From: Alphaproteobacteria bacterium
Lineage (GTDB): Bacteria > Pseudomonadota > Alphaproteobacteria > Bin95
Reading direction: 5' to 3'
NCBI GenBank assembly: GCA_965205265.1
Contig: CBDBGH010000003.1
Coordinates: 96,001 to 160,000, forward strand
DNA: 64,000 nt
Shown here: in pieces, positions 39,967 to 52,952 of the stretch
How the letters are laid out: the number at the start of each line of letters is the position of its first letter
Position numbering within the stretch: the stretch's first letter is position 1
The notes under the pieces: generated by a model
The model's input: only the letters and a program-made list of their open reading frames with translations
Told to the model about the DNA's origin: nothing
Database searches by the model: none
Made by a program: the position numbers and the translations under genes

Positions 39967-41583
39967 TCACCCCCGCGCATCCTCCAGCGCCATCGCCGCG
40001 CCCTTCTCCGCAATCATGATGGTGGGGCTGTTGGTGTTGCCGGAGGTGATGGTCGGCATGACCGAGGCGTCTATGACGCGGAGGTTCTCCAGGCCGCGGA
40101 CCTTGAGGCGGTCGGTCACGACGGCGCCCGGATCGCTGCCCATGCGGCAGGTGCCGACGGGGTGGAAGATGGTGGTGCCGATATTGCCTGCCGCCTCCGC
40201 CAGCGCCGCGTCCGAGTCGAGCGCTGCGCCGGGCAGGTATTCCTCGGGCTCGTAGGGCGCGAGCGAGGGGGCGGCGGCGATGCGGCGCGTGAGGCGGATC
40301 GCGGCCACCGCCACCTGCCGGTCGGCCTCCGTCGAGAGGTAGTTGGGCCGGATCGCGGGCGGCTCCTCCGGGTCCGGCGATTTGAGGCTCACCACGCCCC
40401 GGCTCTCCGGGCGGAGGTTGCACACCGACGCCGTGAAGGCCGGGAAGCGGTGCAGCGGCTCGCCGAAACGGTCCAGCGACAGCGGCTGCACATGGTATTG
40501 CAGGTTCGCGGTCTCGCGCGCGGGGTCGGACTTCGCGAAGGCGCCCAGCTGGCTCGGCGCCATGGTGAGCGGCCCGCGCCGGAAGAGCGCATATTCGAGC
40601 CCCATGCCGAGCTTGCCGAGCAGGCTGTTCGCGCGCCGGTTCAGCGTCTCGACATGCGCGACCCGGTAGATCAGGCGCAGCTGGAGATGGTCCTGGAGGT
40701 TGGCGCCGACGCCGGGAAGCTCATGGTGGACCGCGACGCCGTTCTCCCGCAGCAGCGCGCCCGGCCCGACGCCCGAGACCTGCAGCAGGTGCGGCGAGCC
40801 GATGGCGCCGGCCGCCAGGACGAGCTCGCCCGCGACTTCGGCGCGCGCCGGCCGGCCCTTCAGGCGGAACTCCAGGGCGCTCGCGCGGGGTCCGTCGAAC
40901 AGGATGCGCCGCGCCTGGGCGTGCGTGACCACGGTCAGGTTGGGGCGGTTCCGCACGGGCTTGAGGAAAGCGTCGGCGGCGGTCCAGCGCACGCCGCGGC
41001 GCTGGTTGACCATGAACTTCCCCGTGCCCTCATTGTCGCCGTCGTTGAAGTCGGGCGTCGGCGGCAGGCCGGTATCGGCGCAGGCGCGCTGGAAGGCGTC
41101 GAGGATCTCCCAGCCGACCCGGGGCTCCTCCACCCGCCACTCGCCGTCCGCCCCGTGGAATTCGTCCGCCGGGCCGAAATGGCGCTCCGACTTGCGGAAC
41201 CAGGGCAGCACATCGTCCCAGCCCCAGCCGCGATTGCCCATCTGCGCCCAGCCATCGTAGTCGCGCGCCTGGCCGCGCATGTAGATCATGCCGTTGATCG
41301 CCGAGCAGCCGCCCAGCACCCGCCCGCGCGGATAGGCGAGCGCGCGCCCGTTCAGGCCGGGCTCCGCCTCGGTGGCGAAGCACCAGTCGGTGCGCGGGTT
41401 GTTCTGGGTGTAGAGATAGCCGACGGGGATCTTGATCCAGATGTAGTTGTCGCGCCCACCCGCCTCCAGCAGCAGCACGCGGTTGCGCGCATCCTCCGAA
41501 AGCCGGTTCGCCAGCACACACCCCGCCGAGCCCGCCCCCACCACGACATAGTCGAAGCTGCCGAGGCTCGCGGGCCCGGTCAT
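39967..41583 (-). CDS. GMC oxidoreductase (choline dehydrogenase-like)
   Basis: [35 protein letters not shown]. Confidence 0.93.
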   Translation of the reverse strand: MTGPASLGSFDYVVVGAGSAGCVLANRLSEDARNRVLLLEAGGRDNYIWIKIPVGYLYTQNNPRTDWCFATEAEPGLNGRALAYPRGRVLGGCSAINGMIYMRGQARDYDGWAQMGNRGWGWDDVLPWFRKSERHFGPADEFHGADGEWRVEEPRVGWEILDAFQRACADTGLPPTPDFNDGDNEGTGKFMVNQRRGVRWTAADAFLKPVRNRPNLTVVTHAQARRILFDGPRASALEFRLKGRPARAEVAGELVLAAGAIGSPHLLQVSGVGPGALLRENGVAVHHELPGVGANLQDHLQLRLIYRVAHVETLNRRANSLLGKLGMGLEYALFRRGPLTMAPSQLGAFAKSDPARETANLQYHVQPLSLDRFGEPLHRFPAFTASVCNLRPESRGVVSLKSPDPEEPPAIRPNYLSTEADRQVAVAAIRLTRRIAAAPSLAPYEPEEYLPGAALDSDAALAEAAGNIGTTIFHPVGTCRMGSDPGAVVTDRLKVRGLENLRVIDASVMPTITSGNTNSPTIMIAEKGAAMALEDARG

Positions 41584-42005
41584 GCCGCCTGCGTCGTCAC
41601 TACAAGGCGTTCGCCGAGCAGCCGGAGCGCGGCCTCAACCCGGTCGATATGCGAACGGTGGTCGAGGTCGAGCAAGCGCCGAACCGCGCCCTCTGTCGTT
41701 CCGAGCTCGGCGGCAAGCGCGGTATTGCCGAGTCCGTGGCTGCGCATGGCGCAATAGAGCGCCAGTTTCGCCGCCGCCAGGGCAGGCAGGGCAATCAGCG
41801 GCCGCCCGCGGGCCGGAGACGGTTTCGGAATGGAGCGCCGCAGTTCGATATACCCGCCCAAGGCGGCGATCAGGCAGTCCTCCGCCTCGGACAGGGCCTC
41901 GTCCTCCGTATCGCCATCGGTCAGAGCCTCGGGAATGTCGGGGAACGACACCAGGACGGTGCCATCGCCTTGCGCTTCCAGACTAACGGGATAAGCGAGC
42001 CGCAT
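41580..42005 (-). CDS. hicB: HicB antitoxin
   Basis: [13 protein letters not shown]...IPKPS plus C-terminal HTH. Confidence 0.9.
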   Translation of the reverse strand: MRLAYPVSLEAQGDGTVLVSFPDIPEALTDGDTEDEALSEAEDCLIAALGGYIELRRSIPKPSPARGRPLIALPALAAAKLALYCAMRSHGLGNTALAAELGTTEGAVRRLLDLDHRSHIDRVEAALRLLGERLVVTTQAA

Positions 42006-42038
42006 CGTCTGCGCCTTTCTTTACGTTCTCACCGGTTC

Positions 42039-42254
42039 TCACCTCATGTCGCCCCGGGTCAGCCCCAGCTGCCGCAACATGGATGCAAGGAGACCCGGTG
42101 CGATTTCCTTGCGGCGGTCCTTCACCGTGGTGAAGCGCTGCCCGAGATAAAGGCGTCCGTGGCTTCCTTTACCTTTCCGGGGGTCAAAACGCACTGTCAG
42201 GCTGCGCTCCCTGCCGATTCGCGCAACACGCGCAATGAACTCTTCGCCGGTCAC
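42039..42254 (-). CDS. hicA: HicA toxin
   Basis: GKGSH...EIAPGLLASMLRQLGL; upstream of hicB. Confidence 0.85.
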   Translation of the reverse strand: MTGEEFIARVARIGRERSLTVRFDPRKGKGSHGRLYLGQRFTTVKDRRKEIAPGLLASMLRQLGLTRGDMR

Positions 42255-42259
42255 GATAG

Positions 42260-42277
42260 TCGCACATATATGTACGA
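42260..42277. promoter_or_regulatory. Likely HicB operator
   Basis: Near-palindrome TCGCACATATATGTACGA just upstream of hicA. Confidence 0.5.
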
Positions 42278-42310
42278 ATCAAGCCTCAATCCGCAGCGAC
42301 GCCATCCCCC

Positions 42311-43768
42311 TCACCCCGCCATGCCGCCGACGGTCATGGCGTCTATGCGCAAGGTGGGCTGGCCGACGCCGACGGGGACGGACTGGCCGTCCTTGCCGCA
42401 CATGCCGATGCCGTCGTCCAGCGCGAGGTCGTTGCCGATCATCGCGACGCGGGTGAGCGCGTCCGGGCCGTTGCCGATCAGCATCGCGCCGCGCACCGGG
42501 GCCGCGACCTTTCCGTTCTCGATCAGATAGGCCTCGGTCGCGTTGAAGACGAACTTGCCGTTGGTCACGTCCACCTGCCCGCCGCCGAACTGGACCGCGT
42601 AGAGGCCCCGGTCCACGGACGCGATCACCTCCTCCGGCTCGCGCTCGCCGGCCAGCATGAAGGTGTTGGTCATGCGCGGCATGGGCGCATGCGCGAAGGA
42701 CTCGCGCCGCCCGTTGCCGGTGGGCGCCACCCCCATCAGCCGCGCGTTCAGCCGGTCCTGCAGGAAGCCCTTCAATATACCGTCCTCGATCAGCACATTG
42801 CGCGCGGTGGGCGTGCCCTCGTCATCGACGGTGAGCGAGCCGCGCCGGTCCTCCAGCCCGCCGTCGTCCACCACGGTCACGCCCGGCGCCGCCACGCGCT
42901 CGCCGATGAGGCCGGCAAAGGCGCTGGTGCCCTTGCGGTTGAAATCGCCCTCCAGCCCGTGGCCGACCGCCTCGTGCAGCAGCACGCCCGGCCAGCCGGG
43001 GCCGAGCACCACCGTCATCTCGCCGGCGGGCGCGGGCGCCGCGTCGATCTTGACCAGCGCCTGGCGGAGCGCCTCGTCCACCTGCGCCTTCCAGGCGGCC
43101 TCTTCCAGGAATTCGCTGAAGCCGACGCGCCCGCCGCAGCCGTGGCTGCCGGTTTCCACCCGCCCGTCCGGCGCGCGCACGGCGATCTGCACCCGCACCA
43201 CCACGAGCGGGCGGATGTCCGCCGCCGCCTCGCCGCCCGCGCGCTGGATGCGCACCGCCTGCCAGCTTCCGGCGAGCGAGGCGGTCACCTGCACGACGCG
43301 CGGGTCGGCGGCGCGGGCATAGGCGTCGATTCGCGCCAGCAGCGCCGCCTTCTCCGCGAAGTCGGGCGCATCCAGCGGGTTCTCCGGGCCGTAGAGCCGC
43401 CGGTTGGCGGCGGCCGGCGGCAGCGCCAGCGCGCCGCTCCGGCCCGAGGAGACGGCGCGCACCGCTTCCGCCGCGCGGCGGAGCGCCGGCTCGTCCAGGC
43501 TCGCGGCATGGGCGTAGCCGGTCGCCTCGCCCGAGACCGCGCGCAGGCCGAAGCCCTGGCTGATGTCGTAGGTGGCGCCGGCGAGCCGGCCATCATCCAG
43601 CGTCAGCCCCTCCGAGACGGCGTATTGCAGGTATAGCTCGCCGTCGTCCGCGCCCCGGAGCGCCTCGTCGAGAATGCGTTCGGCGGCGGCGCGGTCGAGG
43701 CCGGCGGGCCCGAAGAAGACGGCCTCCGTCTCCTCGAGAGGGGCAGGGCGGGGAAGGGTGGAAGACAT
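42311..43768 (-). CDS. tldD: Metalloprotease TldD
   Basis: LLHEAVGHGLEGDFNRKG, PRMTNT, CGKDGQ; divergent from coxB. Confidence 0.95.
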   Translation of the reverse strand: MSSTLPRPAPLEETEAVFFGPAGLDRAAAERILDEALRGADDGELYLQYAVSEGLTLDDGRLAGATYDISQGFGLRAVSGEATGYAHAASLDEPALRRAAEAVRAVSSGRSGALALPPAAANRRLYGPENPLDAPDFAEKAALLARIDAYARAADPRVVQVTASLAGSWQAVRIQRAGGEAAADIRPLVVVRVQIAVRAPDGRVETGSHGCGGRVGFSEFLEEAAWKAQVDEALRQALVKIDAAPAPAGEMTVVLGPGWPGVLLHEAVGHGLEGDFNRKGTSAFAGLIGERVAAPGVTVVDDGGLEDRRGSLTVDDEGTPTARNVLIEDGILKGFLQDRLNARLMGVAPTGNGRRESFAHAPMPRMTNTFMLAGEREPEEVIASVDRGLYAVQFGGGQVDVTNGKFVFNATEAYLIENGKVAAPVRGAMLIGNGPDALTRVAMIGNDLALDDGIGMCGKDGQSVPVGVGQPTLRIDAMTVGGMAG

Positions 43769-43962
43769 GTGGCGGCGGCGCTCCTTGGGCGGGGTTGCGG
43801 CTGCGGACGCAGAGGGGGATTCTACAGCAGGCGGCGCAAACTTGGGACAACGGGTCGCATAAACCGGGCGTGCCGCCGCTTTTATTGTCGGGGCGGTCTC
43901 TACAAGGCCCGCATTCCGGGCTATGACAGGCCCCAGTCGCGGACGTTTGAGGACCATCGGCC

Positions 43963-46454
<2,492 letters not shown>

Positions 46455-46499
46455 CGCCTGTCTCTTGGTCTCCGCCAAGCCGGAGGGCCGACCGAACCC

Positions 46500-47432
46500 G
46501 TGAACGACGCCTCTACCGCAGGAACCGCCAGCTTTGCGCCATCCGCCGGCGTCGGCGCCGGCTTCGCGCAAACCGCCGGCGTCGGCGACTGGCTCGCGCT
46601 GCTGAAGCCGCGCGTCATGTCGCTGGTCGTCTTCACCGGGCTGGTCGGCATGGCGATCGCGCCGGGTTCGCTGCATCCGCTGCTGGCGGCCGTCGCCGTG
46701 CTCTGCATCGCCGCCGGGGCGGGCGCGTCCGGGGCGGTGAACATGTGGTACGACCGCGATATCGACGCGGTGATGGAGCGCACCCGCGCCCGGCCGCTGC
46801 CTCGGGGCCTGATCGAGCCGGACGATGCGCTCGCCTTCGGCATCCTGTTGTCGGCGGGCGCGGTCGGCATGATGGGCCTTGCCGTCAACTGGCTCGCCGC
46901 CGGCCTGCTCGCGCTCACCATCGCCTTCTATGTCTTCGTCTATACGATCTGGCTCAAGCGCCGCACGCCGCAGAACATCGTGATCGGCGGGGCGGCGGGA
47001 GCGATTCCGCCGGTGATCGGCTGGGCCGCGGTCACGGGCGATCTGGCGCTGACGCCGCTCTGCCTGTTCGCCATCGTCTTCATGTGGACGCCGCCGCATT
47101 TCTGGGCGCTGGCGCTCACCCGCTCGGGCGATTATGCCGCCGCCGGCGTGCCGATGCTGCCGGTGACGGCCGGTGCCAGGGAGACACGCCGGCAGATCCT
47201 GATCTACAGCGCCGTGCTGGCGCCGCTCGGCCTGGCGCCCGTGGCGGCGGGCGGCCTCGGCTGGCTCTACGGCGCGGCGGCGGCGCTGCTCGGCGCCGAA
47301 TTCCTGCGCCGCGCGCTGGCCGTCTGGCGGCGCGCGGACGACGCGAGCGCGCGGTCGCTCTTCGGCTTCTCGCTCGCCTATCTGGCGGCGCTCTTCGCGG
47401 CCATGCTCGCGGACCGGGCCCTGGGGCTATGA
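46500..47432 (+). CDS. ctaB: Heme o synthase (protoheme IX farnesyltransferase)
   Basis: [40 protein letters not shown]. Confidence 0.94.
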   Translation: MNDASTAGTASFAPSAGVGAGFAQTAGVGDWLALLKPRVMSLVVFTGLVGMAIAPGSLHPLLAAVAVLCIAAGAGASGAVNMWYDRDIDAVMERTRARPLPRGLIEPDDALAFGILLSAGAVGMMGLAVNWLAAGLLALTIAFYVFVYTIWLKRRTPQNIVIGGAAGAIPPVIGWAAVTGDLALTPLCLFAIVFMWTPPHFWALALTRSGDYAAAGVPMLPVTAGARETRRQILIYSAVLAPLGLAPVAAGGLGWLYGAAAALLGAEFLRRALAVWRRADDASARSLFGFSLAYLAALFAAMLADRALGL

Positions 47433-47555
47433 ATGGCGGAACTGTCCGAAAGAGACCGCCGCCGGCGTTTCAAAAACAGGGTCCTGCTCGTGGCGCTGCT
47501 GGCCTTCGTCGTCGTCGTCTATGCGGTGAGCGTCGTGCGGATGGGAGGCGGCTGA
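47433..47555 (+). CDS. Small membrane protein (CoxF-like)
   Basis: Not in the ORF track; MAELSERDRRRRFKNRVLLVALLAFVVVVYAVSVVRMGGG between ctaB and ctaG. Confidence 0.75.
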   Translation: MAELSERDRRRRFKNRVLLVALLAFVVVVYAVSVVRMGGG

Positions 47556-47558
47556 GCC

Positions 47559-48191
47559 ATGGCTGACCGCCGCCGGAACCGGCGCATTGCCGCCCTGCTC
47601 GTCACGGTGCCGCTGGCGATGGGCGCGCTCGCATGGGCGTCGGCCCCGCTTTACCGGCTGTTCTGCCAGGTCACCGGCTTCGGCGGCACGCCCGGAACGG
47701 CGGCGGAGGCCCCGCAGGCGGCGGCCGATGCGCCCAGCATCGAAATCCGCTTCAACGCCGACATCGCGCCCGATCTCGACTGGCGCTTCGGTCCGGTCGA
47801 GCGGGCGGTCACGGTCCGGCTCGGCGAGCCGGCGCTCGCCTTCTACCGGGCGGAGAACCTGGGCGACGAGCCGGTCACCGGCGCGGCGGTCTTCAATGTC
47901 ACGCCGCTCAAGGCGGGCGCCTATTTCAGCAAGATCGACTGCTTCTGCTTCACCGAGCAGCGGCTGGGCCCGGGCGAAAGCGCCGACATGCCGGTCTCCT
48001 TCTTCGTCGATCCGGAGATCGCGACCGATCCGAATGTCCGCGATGTCGGGACGATCACGCTGTCCTACACCTTCTTCAGATCGGACGAAGAGCCGCCGGG
48101 CGATGCGGCAACCGAAAAACAACAGGCCGACGCGGCAGCAGGGGAGAAAACCGCCGCCGCGACCAACCGGGAGCAGACCCATGGCGGATAG
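47559..48191 (+). CDS. ctaG: Cytochrome c oxidase assembly protein CtaG/Cox11
   Basis: PLYRLFCQVTGFGGT, KIDCFCF, LSYTFF. Confidence 0.95.
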   Translation: MADRRRNRRIAALLVTVPLAMGALAWASAPLYRLFCQVTGFGGTPGTAAEAPQAAADAPSIEIRFNADIAPDLDWRFGPVERAVTVRLGEPALAFYRAENLGDEPVTGAAVFNVTPLKAGAYFSKIDCFCFTEQRLGPGESADMPVSFFVDPEIATDPNVRDVGTITLSYTFFRSDEEPPGDAATEKQQADAAAGEKTAAATNREQTHGG

Positions 48192-48999
48192 CCACGTCCA
48201 GAAGCACCCCTATCATCTGGTCGATCCGAGTCCCTGGCCGCTGATCGGCGCGGTCGCGGCCTTCCTCGCGACCATGGGCACGGTGCTGTTCATGCATGAC
48301 GGGGTGATATGGGTCATGGCGCTCGGCCTGGTGCTGATCCTCGCCACCATGGCGGTGTGGTGGCGCGACGTGATCCGCGAGGCGGAGCATGAGGGCCATC
48401 ACACCCAGCCGGTGCAGATCGGGCTGCGCTTCGGCATGGCGCTGTTTATCGCGTCCGAGGTCATGTTCTTCTCGGCCTTCTTCTGGGCCTTCTTCGACGG
48501 CGCGCTGTTCTTCGGCGCAGAGGAAATGCCGGGCCGTATCGAGGCGACCGGCGGCGTCTGGCCGCCCGCCGGCATCGTGCCCTTCGAGGCGTTCGGGCTG
48601 CCCTTCCTCAACACGCTCATCCTGCTGCTCTCGGGCGTCACCGTCACCTGGGCGCACCACGCGCTGCTGCACGGCGACCGGGCGGGGCTGATCCAGGGCC
48701 TCGCCTGCACGGTCGCGCTCGGCGTGCTGTTCACCGGCTGTCAGGTGTTCGAATACAGCCATGCCGCCTTCGGCTTCCGCGAGGGCATCTATCCCTCCAC
48801 CTTCTTCATGGCGACGGGCTTCCACGGCTTCCATGTCATCATCGGCACCTGCTTCCTGACGGTCTGCCTGTTCCGGGCGATCAAGGGGCATTTCCGGCCC
48901 GACCAGCATTTCGGCTTCGAGGCGGCGGCCTGGTACTGGCATTTCGTCGATGTCGTCTGGCTGTTCCTGTTCTCGGTCATCTATATCTGGGGCAGTTGA
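48181..48999 (+). CDS. coxC: Cytochrome c oxidase subunit III
   Basis: HPYHLVDPSPWP, SEVMFF, TGFHGFHV, WYWHFVDVVW. Confidence 0.96.
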   Translation: MADSHVQKHPYHLVDPSPWPLIGAVAAFLATMGTVLFMHDGVIWVMALGLVLILATMAVWWRDVIREAEHEGHHTQPVQIGLRFGMALFIASEVMFFSAFFWAFFDGALFFGAEEMPGRIEATGGVWPPAGIVPFEAFGLPFLNTLILLLSGVTVTWAHHALLHGDRAGLIQGLACTVALGVLFTGCQVFEYSHAAFGFREGIYPSTFFMATGFHGFHVIIGTCFLTVCLFRAIKGHFRPDQHFGFEAAAWYWHFVDVVWLFLFSVIYIWGS

Positions 49000-49087
49000 T
49001 GCGCCGTTTCGGGAATTGGCGTTCGACAGTGTCGATGCCGTTCCCCCGGCCCGGCGATACCCCCGGCCTGTCATGGCTGAATGTCCC

Positions 49088-49200
49088 CGTTCGACAGGCT
49101 CAGGGCAGGCTCCTCCGTCATGCCCGGACTTGTTCCGGGCATCTCCCTCGGGGCCGTCGCGGCGGCGGAAATGGATGCCCGGAACCAGTCCGGGCATGAC
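49088..49200. repeat. REP-like palindromic repeats
   Basis: GTCATGCCCGGACTTGTTCCGGGCATC...GATGCCCGGAACCAGTCCGGGCATGAC (49117-49200), preceded by TTCGACAGGCTCAGGGCAGGCTC. Confidence 0.8.
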
Positions 49201-49216
49201 GAGAAGAGGGCATTAG

Positions 49217-49903
49217 GCCATTCGGCTGCGCTTCCCGTTCGCGCTCTTCGTCCTGCCGGCGCTGGCGGTCCTGATCGGCCTCGGCGTCTGGCAGCTCGAC
49301 CGGCGGGAGTGGAAGCGGGAGCTGATCGACCGCGCGGCAGCGGGGCTCGCCGAACCTCCGCTCACCGCGCTTGCCGGCGTCGGCCCCGGCGACGCCTGGC
49401 GCCGCGTCCGGCTCGCGGGCGCGTGGGAGGCCCCCGAACTATTGCTCCAGAGCCGCACCTGGAACGGCCGGGTGGGTTTCGACGTGCTGGCGTCCTTCCG
49501 GCCTTCGGGTGCGGCGGTTTCGGTGCTGGTCAACCGGGGATGGGTGGAGCCGGCCCGCCGCGCGCCGGATACGCGCCCTCCGCCGCCGGCGGGGCTGGAG
49601 GGCGTGGTGCGCTTCCCGGGCGAGCCCGGCCCCTTCGCCGCCGACAACGACCCGGCGCGCGGCATGTGGTTCCATATCGACCCCGGGGCCGTGGCGGCGC
49701 ATCTCGGCCGGCCCCTCCTGCCCTTCTACATCCAGGCGTCGCCCGTCGCCGATGCGCCGGACCGGCCGCGCGCCCGCCCGCCGGAGCCGCGCTTCCGCAA
49801 CGACCACCTGCAATACGCCCTCACATGGTTTGCGCTCGCAGGCGCGGTGGCTATCCTCTATCTGGTCTGGCGCCGCCGCGCGGGGAGGGAAGGGCCGGAA
49901 TGA
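49217..49903 (+). CDS. SURF1 family protein (no canonical start codon)
   Basis: Open frame from 49217: LIGLGVWQLDRREWK, LVNRGWV, NDHLQYALTWF; in-frame TAG at 49214. Confidence 0.85.
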   Translation, partial: AIRLRFPFALFVLPALAVLIGLGVWQLDRREWKRELIDRAAAGLAEPPLTALAGVGPGDAWRRVRLAGAWEAPELLLQSRTWNGRVGFDVLASFRPSGAAVSVLVNRGWVEPARRAPDTRPPPPAGLEGVVRFPGEPGPFAADNDPARGMWFHIDPGAVAAHLGRPLLPFYIQASPVADAPDRPRARPPEPRFRNDHLQYALTWFALAGAVAILYLVWRRRAGREGPE

Positions 49904-49912
49904 GGGGACGGG

Positions 49913-51253
49913 ATGTCGCGCCAGCTTCGCCTTAACCTGTTCGTCCACAGCCGCGGCCATCACGAGGCGTCCTGGCGCCATCCCAAGGCCTCGCCGCTCG
50001 CGCTGACGGACTTCGAATTCCACCGCGAGCTTGCCCGGAAGGCGGAAGACGCGGCGTTCGACTCGATCTTCCTGGCGGACACGCTTTCCATGTCCGGCGA
50101 GGTGGCGCATACGGCGCGCAGCTGGCTGGAGCCGGTCACGCTGCTGGGCGCGCTTGCCGCCGCGACCTCGAAGATCGGGCTGATCGCGACGGCTTCCACC
50201 ACCTATACCGAACCCTTCAACCTCGCGCGCCAGTTCGCCTCGCTGGACCACATCAGCAACGGCCGGATCGGCTGGAACATCGTGACTTCATGGTCGGTCG
50301 CCGCGGCGCATAATTACGGCGACGACGTGCAGGTGAGCCATGCCGAGCGCTACGCCCGCGCCGAGGAATACATGGCGGTCGCGAAGGCGCTCTGGGACAG
50401 CTGGGCCGACGATGCGGTGCTCGACGACCGTCCGTCCGGCCGCTATGCAAAGCCCGGCAGCATCCATGCGCTCGACCATGCCGGCGAGCATTACAGGGTC
50501 GCCGGGCCGCTGAATGTGCCGCGCTGTCCGCAGGGGCGGCCGGTCTTCGTGCAGGCGGGGTCGTCGGAGACGGGGCGCGATTTCGCCGCCCGTCATGCCG
50601 AGGTGGTATTTACCGCGCAGCTGGAGAAGGCGACGGCGCAGGCCTTCTACGCCGACCTGAAGGCGCGGGCGGCGAAGGCCGGGCGGGACCCGGACCGGGT
50701 GGCGATCCTGCCGGGGTTCAGCCCCCTCATCGCCGACACTCAGGAGGAGGCGGAGCGGCTGGTTCTGGAATTGAACGGGCTTGCCGACCCGGAGGTGGGC
50801 CGGAAGCGGCTCTCCGGGCGCTTCGGCGGCTTCGATTTCGGCCATCTGGAACTCGACCGGCCGCTGACGGCCGCGGACTTCCCCGATCCCGATACGGTCG
50901 AGGCGGCGCGGAGCCGGGCGGCGACCATCGTCGGCCTGGTCGAGCGCGAGCGCCCGACCTTGCGCCAATTGCTGGCGAAGCTCGCCGGCGCGCGCGGCCA
51001 CTACACCTTCGCCGGCACGCCGGAGCAGACGGCGGACTTCATGGCGGACTGGCTCCGCGACGGCGCCGCGGACGGCTTCAACCTCATGCCGCCCGTGCTG
51101 CCCTGGATGCTGGACGCCTTCATCGAGCGTGTGCTGCCGATCCTGCGCGCGCGCGGCCTCTTCCGCGAGGCCTATTCCGGCTCGACGCTCCGCGCGCATT
51201 ACGGCCTCGCCCGGCCCGCGCCCGAACTCCCGCCGGGCGCGCGGGCGATCTAG
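49913..51253 (+). CDS. NtaA/DmoA-family FMN-dependent monooxygenase
   Basis: FDSIFLAD, ARQFASLDHISNGRIGWNIVTS, QAGSS. Confidence 0.92.
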   Translation: MSRQLRLNLFVHSRGHHEASWRHPKASPLALTDFEFHRELARKAEDAAFDSIFLADTLSMSGEVAHTARSWLEPVTLLGALAAATSKIGLIATASTTYTEPFNLARQFASLDHISNGRIGWNIVTSWSVAAAHNYGDDVQVSHAERYARAEEYMAVAKALWDSWADDAVLDDRPSGRYAKPGSIHALDHAGEHYRVAGPLNVPRCPQGRPVFVQAGSSETGRDFAARHAEVVFTAQLEKATAQAFYADLKARAAKAGRDPDRVAILPGFSPLIADTQEEAERLVLELNGLADPEVGRKRLSGRFGGFDFGHLELDRPLTAADFPDPDTVEAARSRAATIVGLVERERPTLRQLLAKLAGARGHYTFAGTPEQTADFMADWLRDGAADGFNLMPPVLPWMLDAFIERVLPILRARGLFREAYSGSTLRAHYGLARPAPELPPGARAI

Positions 51254-51276
51254 CCGCAGCCAGGAGGAGCAACGCC

Positions 51277-52167
51277 ATGAGCGCCACCCCCGTTACCTTC
51301 TATTCGGAGGGCTTCAGGCTGGTGGGAGACCTCTACCGGCCCGACGGCCTCGGCGCGGGCGAGAGGCGGGCGGGCATCGTGCTCTGCCACGGCTATACCG
51401 GGGTGAAGGACCTCTATCTGCCGGACAATGCCCGCGTGCTGACGGAAGCCGGCTATGTCGTGCTCGCCTTCGACTATAAGGGCTGGGGCGAGAGCGAGGG
51501 GCCGCGCGCGCGGCTCGCGCCCTACAGCCGGGTTGCGGACGTGCAGGCAGCGCTGACATATCTGGGCGCGCAGGCGGAGGTGGACGAGGAGCGGCTCGGC
51601 ATCTACGGCACCAGCTATGGCGGCGCCACGGTGGTGTGGACGGGCGCGGTGGACCGGCGGGTGAAATGCGTCGTCAGCGTGGTCGGCATCGGCCACGGCG
51701 AGCGCTGGATGCGCAGCGTGCGCCGGCCGGACGAATGGTTCGACCTGCTGGAGCGCTCCGCCGGGGACCGGGTGAAGCGCGCCATGGAGGGCGAGTCGGA
51801 GCTCGTCGAGCGCAGCGAGGTGCTGCTGCCGGACCGGCAGTCGGCGGCGCTGGCGGCCGCCGCGCGCCGCAATGTGCCCTCCGCGCTCAACACGCTGCCG
51901 CTCGAATATGTCGATGAGACGCTGGGCTTCCACCCGGAATGGATCGTGGACCGGATCGCGCCCCGCCCGGTGCTCTTCATCGCCACGGACGACGACCGGC
52001 TGGTGCCGCCGGAGGAGTCCCAGGCGCTCTACGACCGGGCCGGCGAGCCGAAGAAGCTGGTCGTGCTGCAGGGCTACGGCCACTACGAGGTCTATGCGGA
52101 CCCCGCCTTCACCGAGGTGATGGACGAAACGGTGGCCTGGTTCCGGGAGCATCTGCCGGCCGTCTAG
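51277..52167 (+). CDS. Alpha/beta hydrolase
   Basis: CHGY, FDYKGWGESEG, GTSYGG, GHYEVY. Confidence 0.9.
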   Translation: MSATPVTFYSEGFRLVGDLYRPDGLGAGERRAGIVLCHGYTGVKDLYLPDNARVLTEAGYVVLAFDYKGWGESEGPRARLAPYSRVADVQAALTYLGAQAEVDEERLGIYGTSYGGATVVWTGAVDRRVKCVVSVVGIGHGERWMRSVRRPDEWFDLLERSAGDRVKRAMEGESELVERSEVLLPDRQSAALAAAARRNVPSALNTLPLEYVDETLGFHPEWIVDRIAPRPVLFIATDDDRLVPPEESQALYDRAGEPKKLVVLQGYGHYEVYADPAFTEVMDETVAWFREHLPAV

Positions 52168-52359
52168 AGCGGTGTCCGTTCATGTTGAACCGGAGCGGCA
52201 GCCGCCCTTCGATACGCACCCGCTGACGCGGGCGCTACTCAGGGTGAAGGAAGGCAGGGAGGCAGAGTTTCGAGAATTCCCTCATCCCGAGTAGCGGCGC
52301 CAGCCGCGTATCGAGGGACGGCCGGACTTTCGTTCCAGTCTGAAAGAATCGCGCACTAG
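52164..52359. repeat. CTAG-bounded RIME/MITE-like element with a nested REP-like palindrome
   Basis: CTAGAGCG...CGCACTAG ends; internal CCCTTCGATACGC...GCTACTCAGGGTGA and TCATCCCGAGTAGC...GCGTATCGAGGG arms. Confidence 0.75.
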
Positions 52360-52405
52360 GGGGCAATCCTCAGTTCGGGTCGATTGGCGGGCGTGTCGGA
52401 CCGCG

Positions 52406-52732
52406 TCATTCTCTGGATGCGGTCTCTGCTATACCCGTCAATTCGACCGGGGGGCCATCGGGGAACCGCGCGACAAGCGAAAGGCTGCCGCCCATCGCCT
52501 CAACGGTCCGGCGCAGCGTCGAAAGCAGCAGGTCGGAACGCTGCTCGAGCCGCGAAACGCCGTCCTGGGTAATGCCGAGCTGGCGTGCGATGCTGGCCTG
52601 GGTCAGCTGTCGGGCCTTGCGGAGATCCCGCAATGTCATCTCCTCGGCAACCAGCTCGGCTACCCTTTCCTCGACCTTGCGCCGCCTCGCAGGGTCCAGC
52701 CCTGCAATCTTGTCTTCCACGTTCACAGCCAT
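52406..52732 (-). CDS. HigA-like XRE antitoxin
   Basis: LRDLRKARQLTQ...VSRLEQRSDLLLSTLRRTVEAMGG. Confidence 0.9.
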   Translation of the reverse strand: MAVNVEDKIAGLDPARRRKVEERVAELVAEEMTLRDLRKARQLTQASIARQLGITQDGVSRLEQRSDLLLSTLRRTVEAMGGSLSLVARFPDGPPVELTGIAETASRE

Positions 52733-52925
52733 CGGTAACCTCCTTGCTCTGCGAGCCGGGCCAGGTGCCTGTCGAAGCGTTCAGCGTATCCACCCGGGGT
52801 CGTCCCAGTTGGGGTCCGAATTGTTGCAGCAGGCGGGACATGGCGAGAATCTCGGTCTGGATGTCGTCATGCAATTCGTCGAACTCGCGTTCGAACTCGT
52901 CCGCGATTTCGACGACCCAGCTCAT
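52733..52925 (-). pseudogene. RelE/ParE (HigB-type) toxin with an internal deletion
   Basis: MSWVVEIADEF...GPQLGRPRVDTLN joined out of frame to ERFDRHLARL. Confidence 0.8.
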
Positions 52926-52932
52926 CCTCCAG

Positions 52933-52952
52933 ATATGTTCCAAGAGACATAT
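52933..52952. promoter_or_regulatory. Operator of the higBA-like locus
   Basis: ATATGT-N8-ACATAT; minus-strand TTGACT at 52955-52960. Confidence 0.5.
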
